Shown here: piece by piece, positions 29,112 through 38,777 of the stretch
How positions within the stretch are numbered: the stretch's first letter is position 1
Layout of the letters: every line of letters begins with the position of its first letter
Origin: Bdellovibrionales bacterium
Lineage (GTDB): Bacteria; Bdellovibrionota; Bdellovibrionia; Bdellovibrionales; JAGQZY01
NCBI GenBank assembly: GCA_964230645.1
Contig: CAXRHT010000001.1
Span: 864,001 to 928,000, forward strand
DNA length: 64,000 bases
Direction of reading: 5' to 3'
Position numbers and translations under genes: made by a program
Notes under the pieces: generated by a model
What the model was told of the DNA's origin: nothing
Seen by the model: only the letters and a program-made list of their open reading frames with translations
Databases searched by the model: none

Positions 29112-29210
29112 GACGTTCCCCCTTCATGTGTATAGGTAAAAACTAGAATCCCCTAGTTCTTCAACTAAGGGACACTGTAACACATATAATTTAGAATTAA
29201 GAGCTAAGAC

Positions 29211-29504
29211 TTAAGCGCTTGCTGAGGCTTTTTTCGTCGTCTTTTTCTTGGTTTTCTTTTTGGTCGACTTTTTCTTAGTCTTTTTCTTGGGAGCGTTGGC
29301 TAGTTTGATATTGGAATAATCAAGCCATCCCTCTTCTTTGAAAAGTGTGCGCTCACGCTTATTTAATTTTGTGTTGATGCGAACACCAGAAACCTGAACT
29401 TTCATAGCTGCAGGATCGATATTTAAAACCGTACCGGTTTTTCCTTTGTCGTCCCCTGTGATCACTTCAACATTGTCACCGTTTTTGATCTTAAGCTTTT
29501 TCAT
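29211..29504 (-). CDS. rplX: 50S ribosomal protein L24-like (KOW) with Lys-rich tail
   Basis: KIKNGDNVEVITGDDKGKTG.V, EG.LDYSNI. Confidence 0.8.
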   Translation of the reverse strand: MKKLKIKNGDNVEVITGDDKGKTGTVLNIDPAAMKVQVSGVRINTKLNKRERTLFKEEGWLDYSNIKLANAPKKKTKKKSTKKKTKKKTTKKASASA

Positions 29505-29507
29505 GAC

Positions 29508-29810
29508 TTAGGCCTCTTTCTGAGTTTTGGATTTTGTAATTTTTCTGTGAATTCGGCTTCTTACAGCTCTGGCTCTTTTAGACATATTGTCAGCAGGCTG
29601 AGTAAGAATATAGCGGTCAAAACCACCAGAATGCTCCATAGACTTGATGGCTGTGGTGGCCACTTTCAAGGTCACGGATTGATCCAGAACCGAGCTATAT
29701 AGCCGTTTTTTCTGAACATTTGGCATTGCTACCGATTTTGTCTTAATGTTTGAGTGGCTCACCAAATTTTTTACTACAGGTGATTTTCCAGTTATTTCAC
29801 AACGAGCCAT
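29508..29810 (-). CDS. rpmB: 50S ribosomal protein L28
   Basis: MARCEITGK..VSHSNIKTK..PNVQ; GGAGGA RBS. Confidence 0.92.
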   Translation of the reverse strand: MARCEITGKSPVVKNLVSHSNIKTKSVAMPNVQKKRLYSSVLDQSVTLKVATTAIKSMEHSGGFDRYILTQPADNMSKRARAVRSRIHRKITKSKTQKEA

Positions 29811-29913
29811 AAATCCTCCGTTACGCAAGAAATCCTGGTTATAGTGAAAAAGACACTTGATGGCAACCCCATTTTGCAGTAAAAAGCACCTCTTAACAAT
29901 TAAGAGGTTTGTA

Positions 29914-30195
29914 ATGGCATTATTCAAAAAAGGGCGTCGCTCTAAATATCGTCCCGAGTTCAGTGGTGATCACTTCTTCGATTATAAAGATCCTGTGACT
30001 CTTTCCCGTTTCATTTCTGAGGGTGGAAAAATCACTCCGGCTCGTATCTCTAAATTGAGCCTGAATCAGCAAAAGAAATTGGCTAAAGCCATTAAAAAGG
30101 CAAGAAATCTAAGCCTTTTACCTGTCGGGGGCGTGGCTTATGACAACCACGGACATCCTGACCTTATTTCTCCACAGCCTTTCACTGTCGACTAA
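29914..30195 (+). CDS. rpsR: 30S ribosomal protein S18
   Basis: [37 protein letters not shown]. Confidence 0.92.
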   Translation: MALFKKGRRSKYRPEFSGDHFFDYKDPVTLSRFISEGGKITPARISKLSLNQQKKLAKAIKKARNLSLLPVGGVAYDNHGHPDLISPQPFTVD

Positions 30196-30225
30196 GCTAA
30201 AGTTGGCCCACTAGGCTTTTAAAAA

Positions 30226-30264
30226 GAAAAAACTCCGGACCTATTGAGGTCACGGAGTTTTTTT
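30226..30264 (+). terminator. Intrinsic terminator after rpsR
   Basis: AAAAAACTCCG..CGGAGTTTTTTT hairpin. Confidence 0.75.
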
Positions 30265-30331
30265 ATGCCCAATTTCGATCTAAGAATATTTTCTCCACTC
30301 ACCCTTAGATTCTAAGCCTCCCTCAACTCTA

Positions 30332-31324
30332 CTAAAAATTATCTGGTTTACCTGGCTCCTCCGGTTCGGGTTCGGGCTCAGGTTCTTGTTCGTGATCATC
30401 TTTTGAATCACAGTCCTTTTCTGGTTCGGGTTCCGGCTCAGGCTCCGGTTGAGGCTCTGGCTCTGGTTCGGGCTCAGGACTTGGCTGACTGGGGCAATAG
30501 TTGCTCTCCCCTAACACCTGTCCTCTTCCTGAAATATGAATGGACTCTCCTCCAGCGGAAACGCCCCCTGTAATCACCGAGCGCCCTGACATATGCACGT
30601 CACCATTAAGAGTTAAAACGGAGGCAAACACTTCGCTGTTTCCAGAAAGATGAATGCGAGAGTTTTCACCACTCAAGTGAATCAAAACTTTTTTCGGATC
30701 CACACCGTCTAACAAAAGGGAACTTTTCCCAGAAAGTTTCACATCTCCCAGAACATCAATAATAAAAACATCAGACGCACTCCCTGAAAGGGTTAAAACA
30801 TCCCGCCCTGAAAGATGAACATCATCGATATGGATAACATTCACTCCCCCACTTCCAAGGATCTCAAGAGAGTCGTTCACTCTTTTAAAACTTTGAGTGG
30901 GTGTCATGGCTGAAATTTGAGCCGAAGTTTGCTCAGCACTTAAAAGCAAAGACGAGTAATCGCCCAGCACCTCTGCCCCGGCCACACCCGCCTTTCCAGA
31001 AAACTTAGTTTTTGACTCTTGGGCTCGCACAAGGTTGCCATCAATAAGAGCTCTTCCCGAAGCCTTTAAAGAGGCTTCTCCAGTAGAAAGAGTTAAACTG
31101 CCCTCAATATAAGAGTTTCCACTTAGATGAACATGAGTGCGATCAAGTGCCACCACACTGGTTGCAGAACTTGAGCACTCCCCTCCCTGTTCGCCTTCCA
31201 GACTTTGAAGGACGTTTAAAGAGGCTTGGTCAGGCCCTGGCGACGAAGCCTTCTGGGCCTGACCACAACCAATGATTAAGAAAGGAATGACAAAAGATAA
31301 GTAAGTGACTTTTAAGTTTTTCAT
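30332..31324 (-). CDS. Lipoprotein with beta-solenoid-like repeats (ice-binding/choice-of-anchor-like) and PE-rich tail
   Basis: IIGC lipobox; repeated (H/K)(L/M/I)SG units; PEPEPE tract. Confidence 0.65.
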   Translation of the reverse strand: MKNLKVTYLSFVIPFLIIGCGQAQKASSPGPDQASLNVLQSLEGEQGGECSSSATSVVALDRTHVHLSGNSYIEGSLTLSTGEASLKASGRALIDGNLVRAQESKTKFSGKAGVAGAEVLGDYSSLLLSAEQTSAQISAMTPTQSFKRVNDSLEILGSGGVNVIHIDDVHLSGRDVLTLSGSASDVFIIDVLGDVKLSGKSSLLLDGVDPKKVLIHLSGENSRIHLSGNSEVFASVLTLNGDVHMSGRSVITGGVSAGGESIHISGRGQVLGESNYCPSQPSPEPEPEPEPQPEPEPEPEPEKDCDSKDDHEQEPEPEPEPEEPGKPDNF

Positions 31325-31336
31325 AACCCTTAATAA

Positions 31337-31353
31337 TGCAATCTCAAGTCCAC
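31337..31353 (-). promoter_or_regulatory. Sigma54 promoter candidate
   Basis: GTGGACTTGAGATTGCA = GG-N10-GC upstream of ATG 31324. Confidence 0.55.
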
Positions 31354-31636
31354 AGTTTTTCTGTTTTAAGACGAAACAACCCCTGCCTTTAATTTCTCAG
31401 GCAGCCAAAAAGCTCCTCAAAATTTCAACACTCTTTAACCTAAAGTTTCGACACTGCCTAAAATTTTTAGAAAAATACAAACAATACTTAAAAGCCTTTA
31501 GATAGGCTCTTTATTGCGTTCTAGTTAAAAAAAACTGACCTGGTTGCCAAAAGAACAGCCAGAAAGTTAAAAACCCATCTCATTTTGACCGCCTGTGAAT
31601 TTACAAAGCCTCAAGGCTCTGTGTACTCTTAACTCT

Positions 31637-31843
31637 ATGGAAAAACCAAACATCAATCCACGCCAAAAACCACCTAAACCTGTCGGAGACGAAGAGATCC
31701 CCGAGCAAGAGGATCCCAGCAAAGACGACATCGGTGATCCCATGCCCGGAAAAAAGATCGAAGATCCTCGCCGCGACGATGATAAAAAAATAAAATTACC
31801 CCCTGATCCCGACCAAAATCCGGAAAAACCCAACACAGATTAA
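31637..31843 (+). CDS. Small Pro/Asp/Lys-rich disordered protein (68 aa)
   Basis: ATG 7 nt after TG-TACTCT -10-like element; biased composition. Confidence 0.55.
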   Translation: MEKPNINPRQKPPKPVGDEEIPEQEDPSKDDIGDPMPGKKIEDPRRDDDKKIKLPPDPDQNPEKPNTD

Positions 31844-31948
31844 ACTTCCTAACAAGTCATAAGATATCTACACAATATCCATAAACTAGGAAGATCTAAA
31901 AATAAGAGGCCTCTGCTAACTTTATAAGTTCTAAAGGAAGGAGGCCCT

Positions 31949-32071
31949 ATGCAACCCCAACAAATGCACCTAGAGTCAACAGAAGAAAAAATGTCTGGTT
32001 TCCAAAAACTCATGCTCGTCATGATTGTTATGGGCACCATGTTTTTTATCCAAAGATCAATGCTCGGATAA
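31949..32071 (+). CDS. Small membrane peptide (40 aa), missing from ORF track
   Basis: AAGGAGG RBS; MQPQQMHLESTEEKMSGFQKLMLVMIVMGTMFFIQRSMLG. Confidence 0.55.
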   Translation: MQPQQMHLESTEEKMSGFQKLMLVMIVMGTMFFIQRSMLG

Positions 32072-32395
32072 TCTCTCTCACAATAGTTTTATAGACTAGG
32101 ATCTCATGGCTTGCAGTTTTCCTCTCGATAGACAGCAAGCCTCCACTCTCAAAACAAGTAGTGACAGTGCTCCCTCTCTTCACGCTCATGACACACCACT
32201 TGATCATAGCGACCATTCAACTCCCAATTCAAATGTTCTAGCAAAGCATTCATTGAGGCCATCAAAACCAGACGTCAGCGAACTGATAGAAGGCCTCCTT
32301 CCATTCTCATTACCTTTTCATAAAGTTTTTTTCTTGCTTAGCGGCTCCTTAAACCATAAGGATGGGGATCTCTTTAATTTCTGGGGGTATCCATC

Positions 32396-33946
32396 ATGGC
32401 AAAGATGTCTTTTCTTTTCCTTATGTTATTTTACGTCACCACAGCCCGTGCCCTTGAGGACCTTGAAACTTTCAAAGTGGATTTAGGAGAAAAGCTTTTT
32501 CTTGAAGACCGCTTCTCCCAAGGTTTTTTCAAGCAACATGATGGAGACTACAACTCACCGGCTCCTGAGGGCGCATCCATTCTTGAGCAATTTGAGTATC
32601 TTGAAGAAAACCTTCCCCACCCCCAAAGAGGACAGCAGGTGAGCTGTGCTTCTTGTCACTTCGTCGACCAAATGACTGATGTTCAAGAGGGTCTTGTTCT
32701 CACTTATAACGACTTCTCTGCCTTTTCTAGAGTGCCCGCCCGTGGAGACCAACAAACTCGCACCCCTCGAAATAGTATGAATATGGTTTTGCCTAATGCT
32801 CCAGAAGGTGGCCCTCTTCACTGGGATGGGGAGTTTTACTCGCCAAGCTCTCTAACTTGCGCCACCTTAGTGGGAAGAAATATGGGTTGGCTTCTTGGTG
32901 AGGAGTCTCAGGCTCGTCAACACGTTGTGAATGTTCTAAGAAAGGACTCTGGCACTTACCCATCTGTTTCAGAGCTTAAAGGCTCTTACGCCGAGCTTTT
33001 TAAAAAAATCGGTATAGAATTAACTGAACTCTCAGATCCTCAACTTTTAGAACTCACTTGCAACACAGTGGGAATCTACTTAAAGGATCTTGATTTTGCA
33101 AAAGACGAAGATGGTCAGTTTATAGGTTCAGCTTACGATCAATTTTTATTACAAAATGGTGTGAGGTCCCAACGTCTTCCTAATGAAACTCAAGGAGAAT
33201 ACCTCACCTACTTAAAAGACCAAGTTCGCACTATTCAAGACTGGCAGTGGATTGAACCCTCTCCTATGAAATATCACAATGAGGATTCTGTCTTTGGTCC
33301 AAAGGAACTTCAGGGTCTTAAAGCTTTTCTTGGTCGCTCCCAGTGCGCCACTTGTCACCGGCCCCCGGAGTTCACCGACTACAGATTTCATAATACAGGC
33401 ATCAGCCAATTCACTTTTGATAGCTTACATGGGAGAGGGGCTTTCTCGAATTTGAAGATTCCAAGTCACAACGACCGCCTTCTTGACCCCGCAAGTAGTT
33501 TCGTAGGCACGGAAAACCATCCCCACTGGCAGGGCGATTTTAGAAAGAGTCCCGAAAAAGACGAGCCCAAATTTGTGGACCTAGGTATTTGGAATATAAT
33601 CGGTCATCCAGATAAAAAAGAAGTGCAACCACAAGTTAAAAAAATGATCTGTGAGTCCTACCAACTAAAAAACTGTGAGTGGTCCGATGAGGAGTATCTT
33701 ACTAAATCAATAGCACTCTTTAAAACTCCCACCCTTAGAAGCTTAGGCCAGTCCGCCCCCTATCTTCATGATGGCAGTGCTGAGGACATTTTAAGTGTGT
33801 TAACTCTTTATCTCAGGGGCTCTCATTTTGCCCAAAAAGGCCAAATGCGAAACCCTGATCCCTTCATGAGAGCCATGAGTATTCACCCTCATGATTTCAG
33901 AGCTCTTGAGGCCTTCCTGCAAAGTCTTAACGAAGATTATGATTGA
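32396..33946 (+). CDS. Di-heme cytochrome c peroxidase/MauG-family protein
   Basis: LGEKLF, CASCH and CATCH, RNS, WDG, FKTPTLR, APYLHDGS. Confidence 0.88.
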   Translation: MAKMSFLFLMLFYVTTARALEDLETFKVDLGEKLFLEDRFSQGFFKQHDGDYNSPAPEGASILEQFEYLEENLPHPQRGQQVSCASCHFVDQMTDVQEGLVLTYNDFSAFSRVPARGDQQTRTPRNSMNMVLPNAPEGGPLHWDGEFYSPSSLTCATLVGRNMGWLLGEESQARQHVVNVLRKDSGTYPSVSELKGSYAELFKKIGIELTELSDPQLLELTCNTVGIYLKDLDFAKDEDGQFIGSAYDQFLLQNGVRSQRLPNETQGEYLTYLKDQVRTIQDWQWIEPSPMKYHNEDSVFGPKELQGLKAFLGRSQCATCHRPPEFTDYRFHNTGISQFTFDSLHGRGAFSNLKIPSHNDRLLDPASSFVGTENHPHWQGDFRKSPEKDEPKFVDLGIWNIIGHPDKKEVQPQVKKMICESYQLKNCEWSDEEYLTKSIALFKTPTLRSLGQSAPYLHDGSAEDILSVLTLYLRGSHFAQKGQMRNPDPFMRAMSIHPHDFRALEAFLQSLNEDYD

Positions 33947-34071
33947 TGGCCGCTTCTAAGCCTCATTCGTTTTCTGAGTAAGGCTCAGACCTAAAATTCT
34001 ATAGATTTGGTTCCAAATCCGGACAAAGTTCGGACAAATCTTCCCTGTCCGGTATCCGTCTTAAACTCTGT

Positions 34072-34088
34072 CCGGCTCAGCCATTGCT
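34072..34088 (+). promoter_or_regulatory. Sigma54 promoter candidate
   Basis: CCGGCTCAGCCATTGCT = GG-N10-GC; TGTCCG/CGGACA repeats upstream. Confidence 0.5.
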
Positions 34089-34122
34089 TCTACCAAGTTC
34101 CGTCCGAATAAAGGAGGAAACA

Positions 34123-34335
34123 ATGAATGAAAATAACCCCATCAAAAAACAAATTTTATCAATGCTCACAAATTATGGCTTAAACCCCATGGAGTGGGAC
34201 CTCTCTGGTCTTAGTCTGAGTGAAAAAGCCTTCGTATTAAAAAATAGGTTTGATAGCGAATTTCAGCTTATGGGTTTTCTGGATAACCAATCAAAAAGCC
34301 CCGTGTTAAAAAGTTTAGAGCTTATTAGCCTTTAG
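34123..34335 (+). CDS. Small hypothetical protein (70 aa)
   Basis: AAGGAGG RBS; YGLNP.EW motif. Confidence 0.65.
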   Translation: MNENNPIKKQILSMLTNYGLNPMEWDLSGLSLSEKAFVLKNRFDSEFQLMGFLDNQSKSPVLKSLELISL

Positions 34336-34943
34336 TAAACACCCAAACAGGAATAAGAAAACATGGAAAGATCCCACTGATCTTTCCGAGGAAGTGTGGT
34401 GGCCTCGGGAAGTTTTGGAATCAAGCTTTGCGCAAAACTCTTCCACTGGGCCTCACCGTAAAGTCTTTCAAACTGCCTTTTCAAACGACAAAAAAGACCA
34501 ATATCACTGGCATCAAGCCAAGAGGTCTTGTTGTAGCGATTCACCGGCGGCTTTTCTCCCCACGCAATTTGAATCATAAGTTTTAAAGCTTTGATGAGAG
34601 CTTTTCTTACGAAAAGGGCTGAATCATCCGTTCCACACTGATTGGGTACGGACTGAATTTGTTTTTCAAAATAATCAAAGCGCCGAAAAATATCGTAACA
34701 CCCACCGGGCGAGTTTGTTTTCATACACTTATTAAAAGCGGTCATCACCCCAGATTCGTACTGCCCTCTTTCATCGTCTTGATAGAAACCTTTGACCAGA
34801 CGCTTTTTTACCTCTGTCATCTGAATATCACAAACGGTTGTCGGAGGATCACGGTAAACCAGGACAAGGAGTATTAATACGACAATAATAAAACCCAGCA
34901 GAAGTTTTGGAATTTGCTGAAATTTAAGAATTAAATCATTCAT
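34332..34943 (-). CDS. Membrane-anchored Cys-rich hypothetical protein
   Basis: N-terminal TM, six Cys; directly follows porin gene. Confidence 0.7.
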   Translation of the reverse strand: MNDLILKFQQIPKLLLGFIIVVLILLVLVYRDPPTTVCDIQMTEVKKRLVKGFYQDDERGQYESGVMTAFNKCMKTNSPGGCYDIFRRFDYFEKQIQSVPNQCGTDDSALFVRKALIKALKLMIQIAWGEKPPVNRYNKTSWLDASDIGLFCRLKRQFERLYGEAQWKSFAQSLIPKLPEATTLPRKDQWDLSMFSYSCLGVY

Positions 34944-34946
34944 AAA

Positions 34947-36359
34947 TTAAAAGAAGTATCCAATCTGAACTAAGAACTGACCAAAGTTACTATCAGCCTG
35001 ATTGTTAGAGTTCGTGACGTCAGCATTTTCAAAGGCGGCGCCGGGAAAAAAGTGAGCGTAAGTAAAACGAAAGTTCATCCCACTTTGCCATTTCATATCC
35101 ACCCAGATATCAAACTCATTACCTATATCTTTTTCCTCACCAAAAATAAGATCTCCGTTTTGTACTCTTTGGTCATAAAATCGTCCGGCTTGTCCAAACT
35201 GGATATCATCACTGCCTTCGGTCTTTGTCATATGCCACCAGGCCGCTCCTAGCGTAATATTATCAACAATATCCACATCAAGGCCTGCGTGAAACATACT
35301 CAAATTTCCCCAACGGATGAGATCCATAAGACCCGCTTGTCCGTAAACTTCATAAAAGAAGCTATCATAGCTTCCCACCTGATCATCGCTGGCGTCTTCG
35401 TCTCCGGAGTCATAGTGATACCCCGCCCAGAAGCCTAAATTGTTGTGCTCCACAAAGCGGTAACCCATTTTAAGGTCAATAGCGGTTTGCGCGATCTCGG
35501 GCTTTTGCACATTGGAGTTCACTTGATTGACTGGAGCCACCTTTTCTTCTCCCGTAACATAGGAGAGGAAAAAGGTTCCAAAAAGGGCTGTGCTCTCAAT
35601 CCCCATCTCAAGGGAAAGCCTTTGCATATTAAGACCATTTAAAACCGAGAGCCCACCATCAGGGGAGCCTAAATCCCGATTCACCTGCACAAGATTAAAG
35701 GTAAATATATCAATGGCGTCAGCAAGGTTCTTTACATCCACGTTTAAAATGTAGTGATTCTCTTCCGGATCAGAGCTTAAAGTTTGATTCGAAACACGTT
35801 CAAACTCCTGCACCTTTGCAGCGATAAGTGAGAGCTCTAAAGACTCCCAGTCCCACCCCACACTTAGGAGGTCAAAGGAGTAAGGAACATTAAACCACTC
35901 GTTACTCCCATAGGTGTAACCAAGTCCCAAATGAAGTTGCTTTCTTCCAAAATGAATTCCAAGAGAGTCGTCCACTTTCCAGAGCGCCCAGGCTTGGTTC
36001 ACTAAAAGACCATTGGTACGAGAGAAACCATCGTGCTGCCCACTGCGGGAATCTCCGTTGGCTCCACCCCAGTCGGCAAAATTTAAAAAGCGAAAAAAGG
36101 TCTCAATGTATTCGCCTTTATAAAGGCGAATATCAAATTGCGCTCGGTGGCTCGCTTGAGACTCATCCTCGTTTTCTGGAAACCCACCACCAGTAGCTGC
36201 ACGAAGGTTTTCGTAACGAACCCTCAGGCCTCCACCCGGTTGGAAGTAAACATCTTTTGAAAGAAGTTTGAAGGGATTCTCCGCTTTCTCTTCTTGAGAA
36301 AACCCAGGAAGACAAAACCCTAAAACAATAACAATAAGTCCAAGCTGCCGTAACCACAT
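34947..36359 (-). CDS. Alginate-export-like outer-membrane beta-barrel
   Basis: Signal peptide, GLRVRYE, SGD, G.EFD, terminal GYFF. Confidence 0.75.
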   Translation of the reverse strand: MWLRQLGLIVIVLGFCLPGFSQEEKAENPFKLLSKDVYFQPGGGLRVRYENLRAATGGGFPENEDESQASHRAQFDIRLYKGEYIETFFRFLNFADWGGANGDSRSGQHDGFSRTNGLLVNQAWALWKVDDSLGIHFGRKQLHLGLGYTYGSNEWFNVPYSFDLLSVGWDWESLELSLIAAKVQEFERVSNQTLSSDPEENHYILNVDVKNLADAIDIFTFNLVQVNRDLGSPDGGLSVLNGLNMQRLSLEMGIESTALFGTFFLSYVTGEEKVAPVNQVNSNVQKPEIAQTAIDLKMGYRFVEHNNLGFWAGYHYDSGDEDASDDQVGSYDSFFYEVYGQAGLMDLIRWGNLSMFHAGLDVDIVDNITLGAAWWHMTKTEGSDDIQFGQAGRFYDQRVQNGDLIFGEEKDIGNEFDIWVDMKWQSGMNFRFTYAHFFPGAAFENADVTNSNNQADSNFGQFLVQIGYFF

Positions 36360-36487
36360 AGTCCTTTAATTATAGAATGACTTTAAGGGTATAGGAACCT
36401 TGCCCCCCTTATTTAGTCGGTGTTTAATAAAAAACACAGTCTAGCTCTGGCCCTGGGACAAAAGTCCCGAGAAAAAGTGAAAAAAAC

Positions 36488-36515
36488 TCCAGTTTTCCCC
36501 TCTAAAGGCCGATAG
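36488..36515 (+). promoter_or_regulatory. FliA/sigma28-like promoter candidate
   Basis: TCCA-N16-GCCGATAG upstream of cell wall hydrolase gene. Confidence 0.35.
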
Positions 36516-36550
36516 AAAGTGAAAGTACGTCAGCAGCAGAGGAGTTGGCA

Positions 36551-37945
36551 GTGATTCGCATCATCCATAGTCTCGTTATTATTTTATTTGTTCCCTCACT
36601 TTTAGCCCAAAGTAGCAGTCCTTTTTCTGAAGCCGCTCAGGTGCGAGGCAGTCTTCTGCCCTTTCAGTTCCCAGTCAACGAGGGGGAATTTCGTAGCAAT
36701 GAGTATGGCGACTTTGCTGGGCACTTACTAATAAGCCCCTCAAGCCTTGAAACAAATCTAAGAAACTACTCCGCGACCCTGCAAGATTTCAGAAACCAAC
36801 CCGGTATGAGTGGATACTTTGAGGGAATGGAAGAAAGACTGGCAACAGCTGGAATCCCGGCTCGTGATATCCGCGTGGTAATGAGAAAAAACGAGAGAGG
36901 GTTTTATATCCCCCAACTGGTACGCCCCAGAAGACTTGCAAATGGAGAACTTGCTCCCTGGGACCCTGAATACCCTGCCCGAGGCATGCAGTTTATTTCT
37001 TCCAATCACGAGGACCAAATCTTTAGGGCCGATGCTAACGGAAACGCAAGACTCGTTGGGTGTCGTAGTACAATCAGCAACGAACGAATTCAAAATGGCG
37101 AGTGCGCGATCCCTCAACCAAGACAGCGTTCCTGTGGCTTTGACCCTTATATTCGAGACACAGGAAAAAACTTTCAAGAAATCTCAGAGAGCAATTTCAC
37201 TTGTACCAAAGGGCCGAATCAACCCACCAATGAATATTTATGTATGGCCTGTAACCTCTATTTTGAGAGCCGAGGGGAAGGCTCTTTAGGAATGGAGGCT
37301 GTGGCGGAGCTGACTCTTGCCGATCAAGCCCATCAAGTGAGGAGAGGACGTGCTGGAAGCTCCCCCATTTGCGATGCCGTTTACAAGGCCAATCGTTTTT
37401 CATGGACTTTGGGTAATGCCGAAGTGGATGTATCTCGAGTGCGCGACTGGCATGCTTGGCAGCAAGCCCTTTATATATCAACCCAAACAGCCCATATGTC
37501 AGGGCAATCCAACCCTCCCATACACGATCCAAAGCTTCACTGTTATCGCTACTACGTTTCGACCATTACGTTTCAAAACTTTGAGCAACTTCCGGGATGG
37601 GCTAGAACCTATTATGATCAAACCTTAAATATGGGAGATAATTTCCGTCCCCTGTGTGTGGGAAATCATATTTTCATGCGTGACCCGAATGAACGCAACT
37701 GTCCGCAGCCCGATATTTCAAGGACAAGAGAAAATGATATGGACTCTGAAACCCACCGTCGCATGTTCTTTAACGAATGCCTTAGTGTCGATGAACCTCA
37801 TGAGGTGCATCAAACCCCTCCGGCTCCAAACACACAACTGTGTTCTGAGAACACAATTGAAAGAGCCATAAGAGCTCACCGAGCCACAGGTGTGGACAAC
37901 ACCCCTCCAGGAATTTACTCACCAGAAAGTGAAGTGGCCGAATAA
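36551..37945 (+). CDS. Secreted protein with SleB/Hydrolase_2 cell-wall hydrolase domain
   Basis: CMACNLYFESRGE..AVA, ICDAVY..FSW, VGNHIF; GTG start after GAGGAG. Confidence 0.75.
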   Translation: MIRIIHSLVIILFVPSLLAQSSSPFSEAAQVRGSLLPFQFPVNEGEFRSNEYGDFAGHLLISPSSLETNLRNYSATLQDFRNQPGMSGYFEGMEERLATAGIPARDIRVVMRKNERGFYIPQLVRPRRLANGELAPWDPEYPARGMQFISSNHEDQIFRADANGNARLVGCRSTISNERIQNGECAIPQPRQRSCGFDPYIRDTGKNFQEISESNFTCTKGPNQPTNEYLCMACNLYFESRGEGSLGMEAVAELTLADQAHQVRRGRAGSSPICDAVYKANRFSWTLGNAEVDVSRVRDWHAWQQALYISTQTAHMSGQSNPPIHDPKLHCYRYYVSTITFQNFEQLPGWARTYYDQTLNMGDNFRPLCVGNHIFMRDPNERNCPQPDISRTRENDMDSETHRRMFFNECLSVDEPHEVHQTPPAPNTQLCSENTIERAIRAHRATGVDNTPPGIYSPESEVAE

Positions 37946-38130
37946 AAAAGTTTTTTTGTTTCAATTTGAGAAACCCTAAAACTTTTTCTCCAAACTAGAG
38001 GGCGTAGAGCAAAATTTGCGATTTTGTGGAATGCGAAACTCTCTCTATTTCGCCATAATAATAGACACAATGTGGGATCTTTTCTTAAGGGGACTAAGAA
38101 AAGGAAAAGGTCAAACGGGGGAGATTAAAA

Positions 38131-38667
38131 ATGGGTAAGGGAAAGTTTAAACTAATCTTAAGTTTTATTTTCATCACAATTATAGCTATCGGTTTTCAGA
38201 ACTGTTCTGAAGAAAACTTTGTCACGCAAGGTAATGGTCAACCTTATGAGGGCCTAACACCGGGTGGATCAGCAAACCGTGATCCAGGCGCTGACAATCC
38301 AAACAACACCAATGGCTCTAATAAAAACCCAATGGGATTTCAACCAGAGTTTGTGTGTAAAAGTCCAAGAAGCGAATTCTTAAACAGCGTTCAATTTGGT
38401 CAACACATCGAACAAGGACCAACCATCCTTATTAAAACCATCGAAGGCACCGGCCACGGAGTTCCTTGGAACGAAAATGCCACAACTCACAAAACAAGCA
38501 TCATTGTCTCTACACTCTCAGGAGAGCAACCCGTTACTATAGAGGCTATCAACCAATTAGGCTCCTTAGAGCAATCAGGTCTCATTGATGTTCGCTACGA
38601 CAATCATCCAAACGGGATAGGGCATGAGTCCTTTGAGTGTGAAGAAGTAGAGATCTCAAAGTTCTAA
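38131..38667 (+). CDS. Hypothetical lipoprotein (FQNC signal)
   Basis: IAIGFQNCS; GNGQPYEG after Cys. Confidence 0.7.
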   Translation: MGKGKFKLILSFIFITIIAIGFQNCSEENFVTQGNGQPYEGLTPGGSANRDPGADNPNNTNGSNKNPMGFQPEFVCKSPRSEFLNSVQFGQHIEQGPTILIKTIEGTGHGVPWNENATTHKTSIIVSTLSGEQPVTIEAINQLGSLEQSGLIDVRYDNHPNGIGHESFECEEVEISKF

Positions 38668-38696
38668 ATTAGAAATAAACTTTTAGTTTTAAAAAC

Positions 38697-38748
38697 AAAA
38701 GGCATCTTTACAAGGTTCTTACCCAACCTGACAAAAGATGCCTTTTTT
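38697..38748. terminator. Hairpin terminator between convergent genes
   Basis: AAAAGGCATCTTT..AAAGATGCCTTTTTT. Confidence 0.6.
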
Positions 38749-38777
38749 ATTTTACTCTCATTTTTTTTAATCCTGAA

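Noticed and set aside
32106..32486. 126-aa ORF upstream of the peroxidase
   Set aside because: Overlaps the peroxidase start out of frame, no recognisable motif or good RBS
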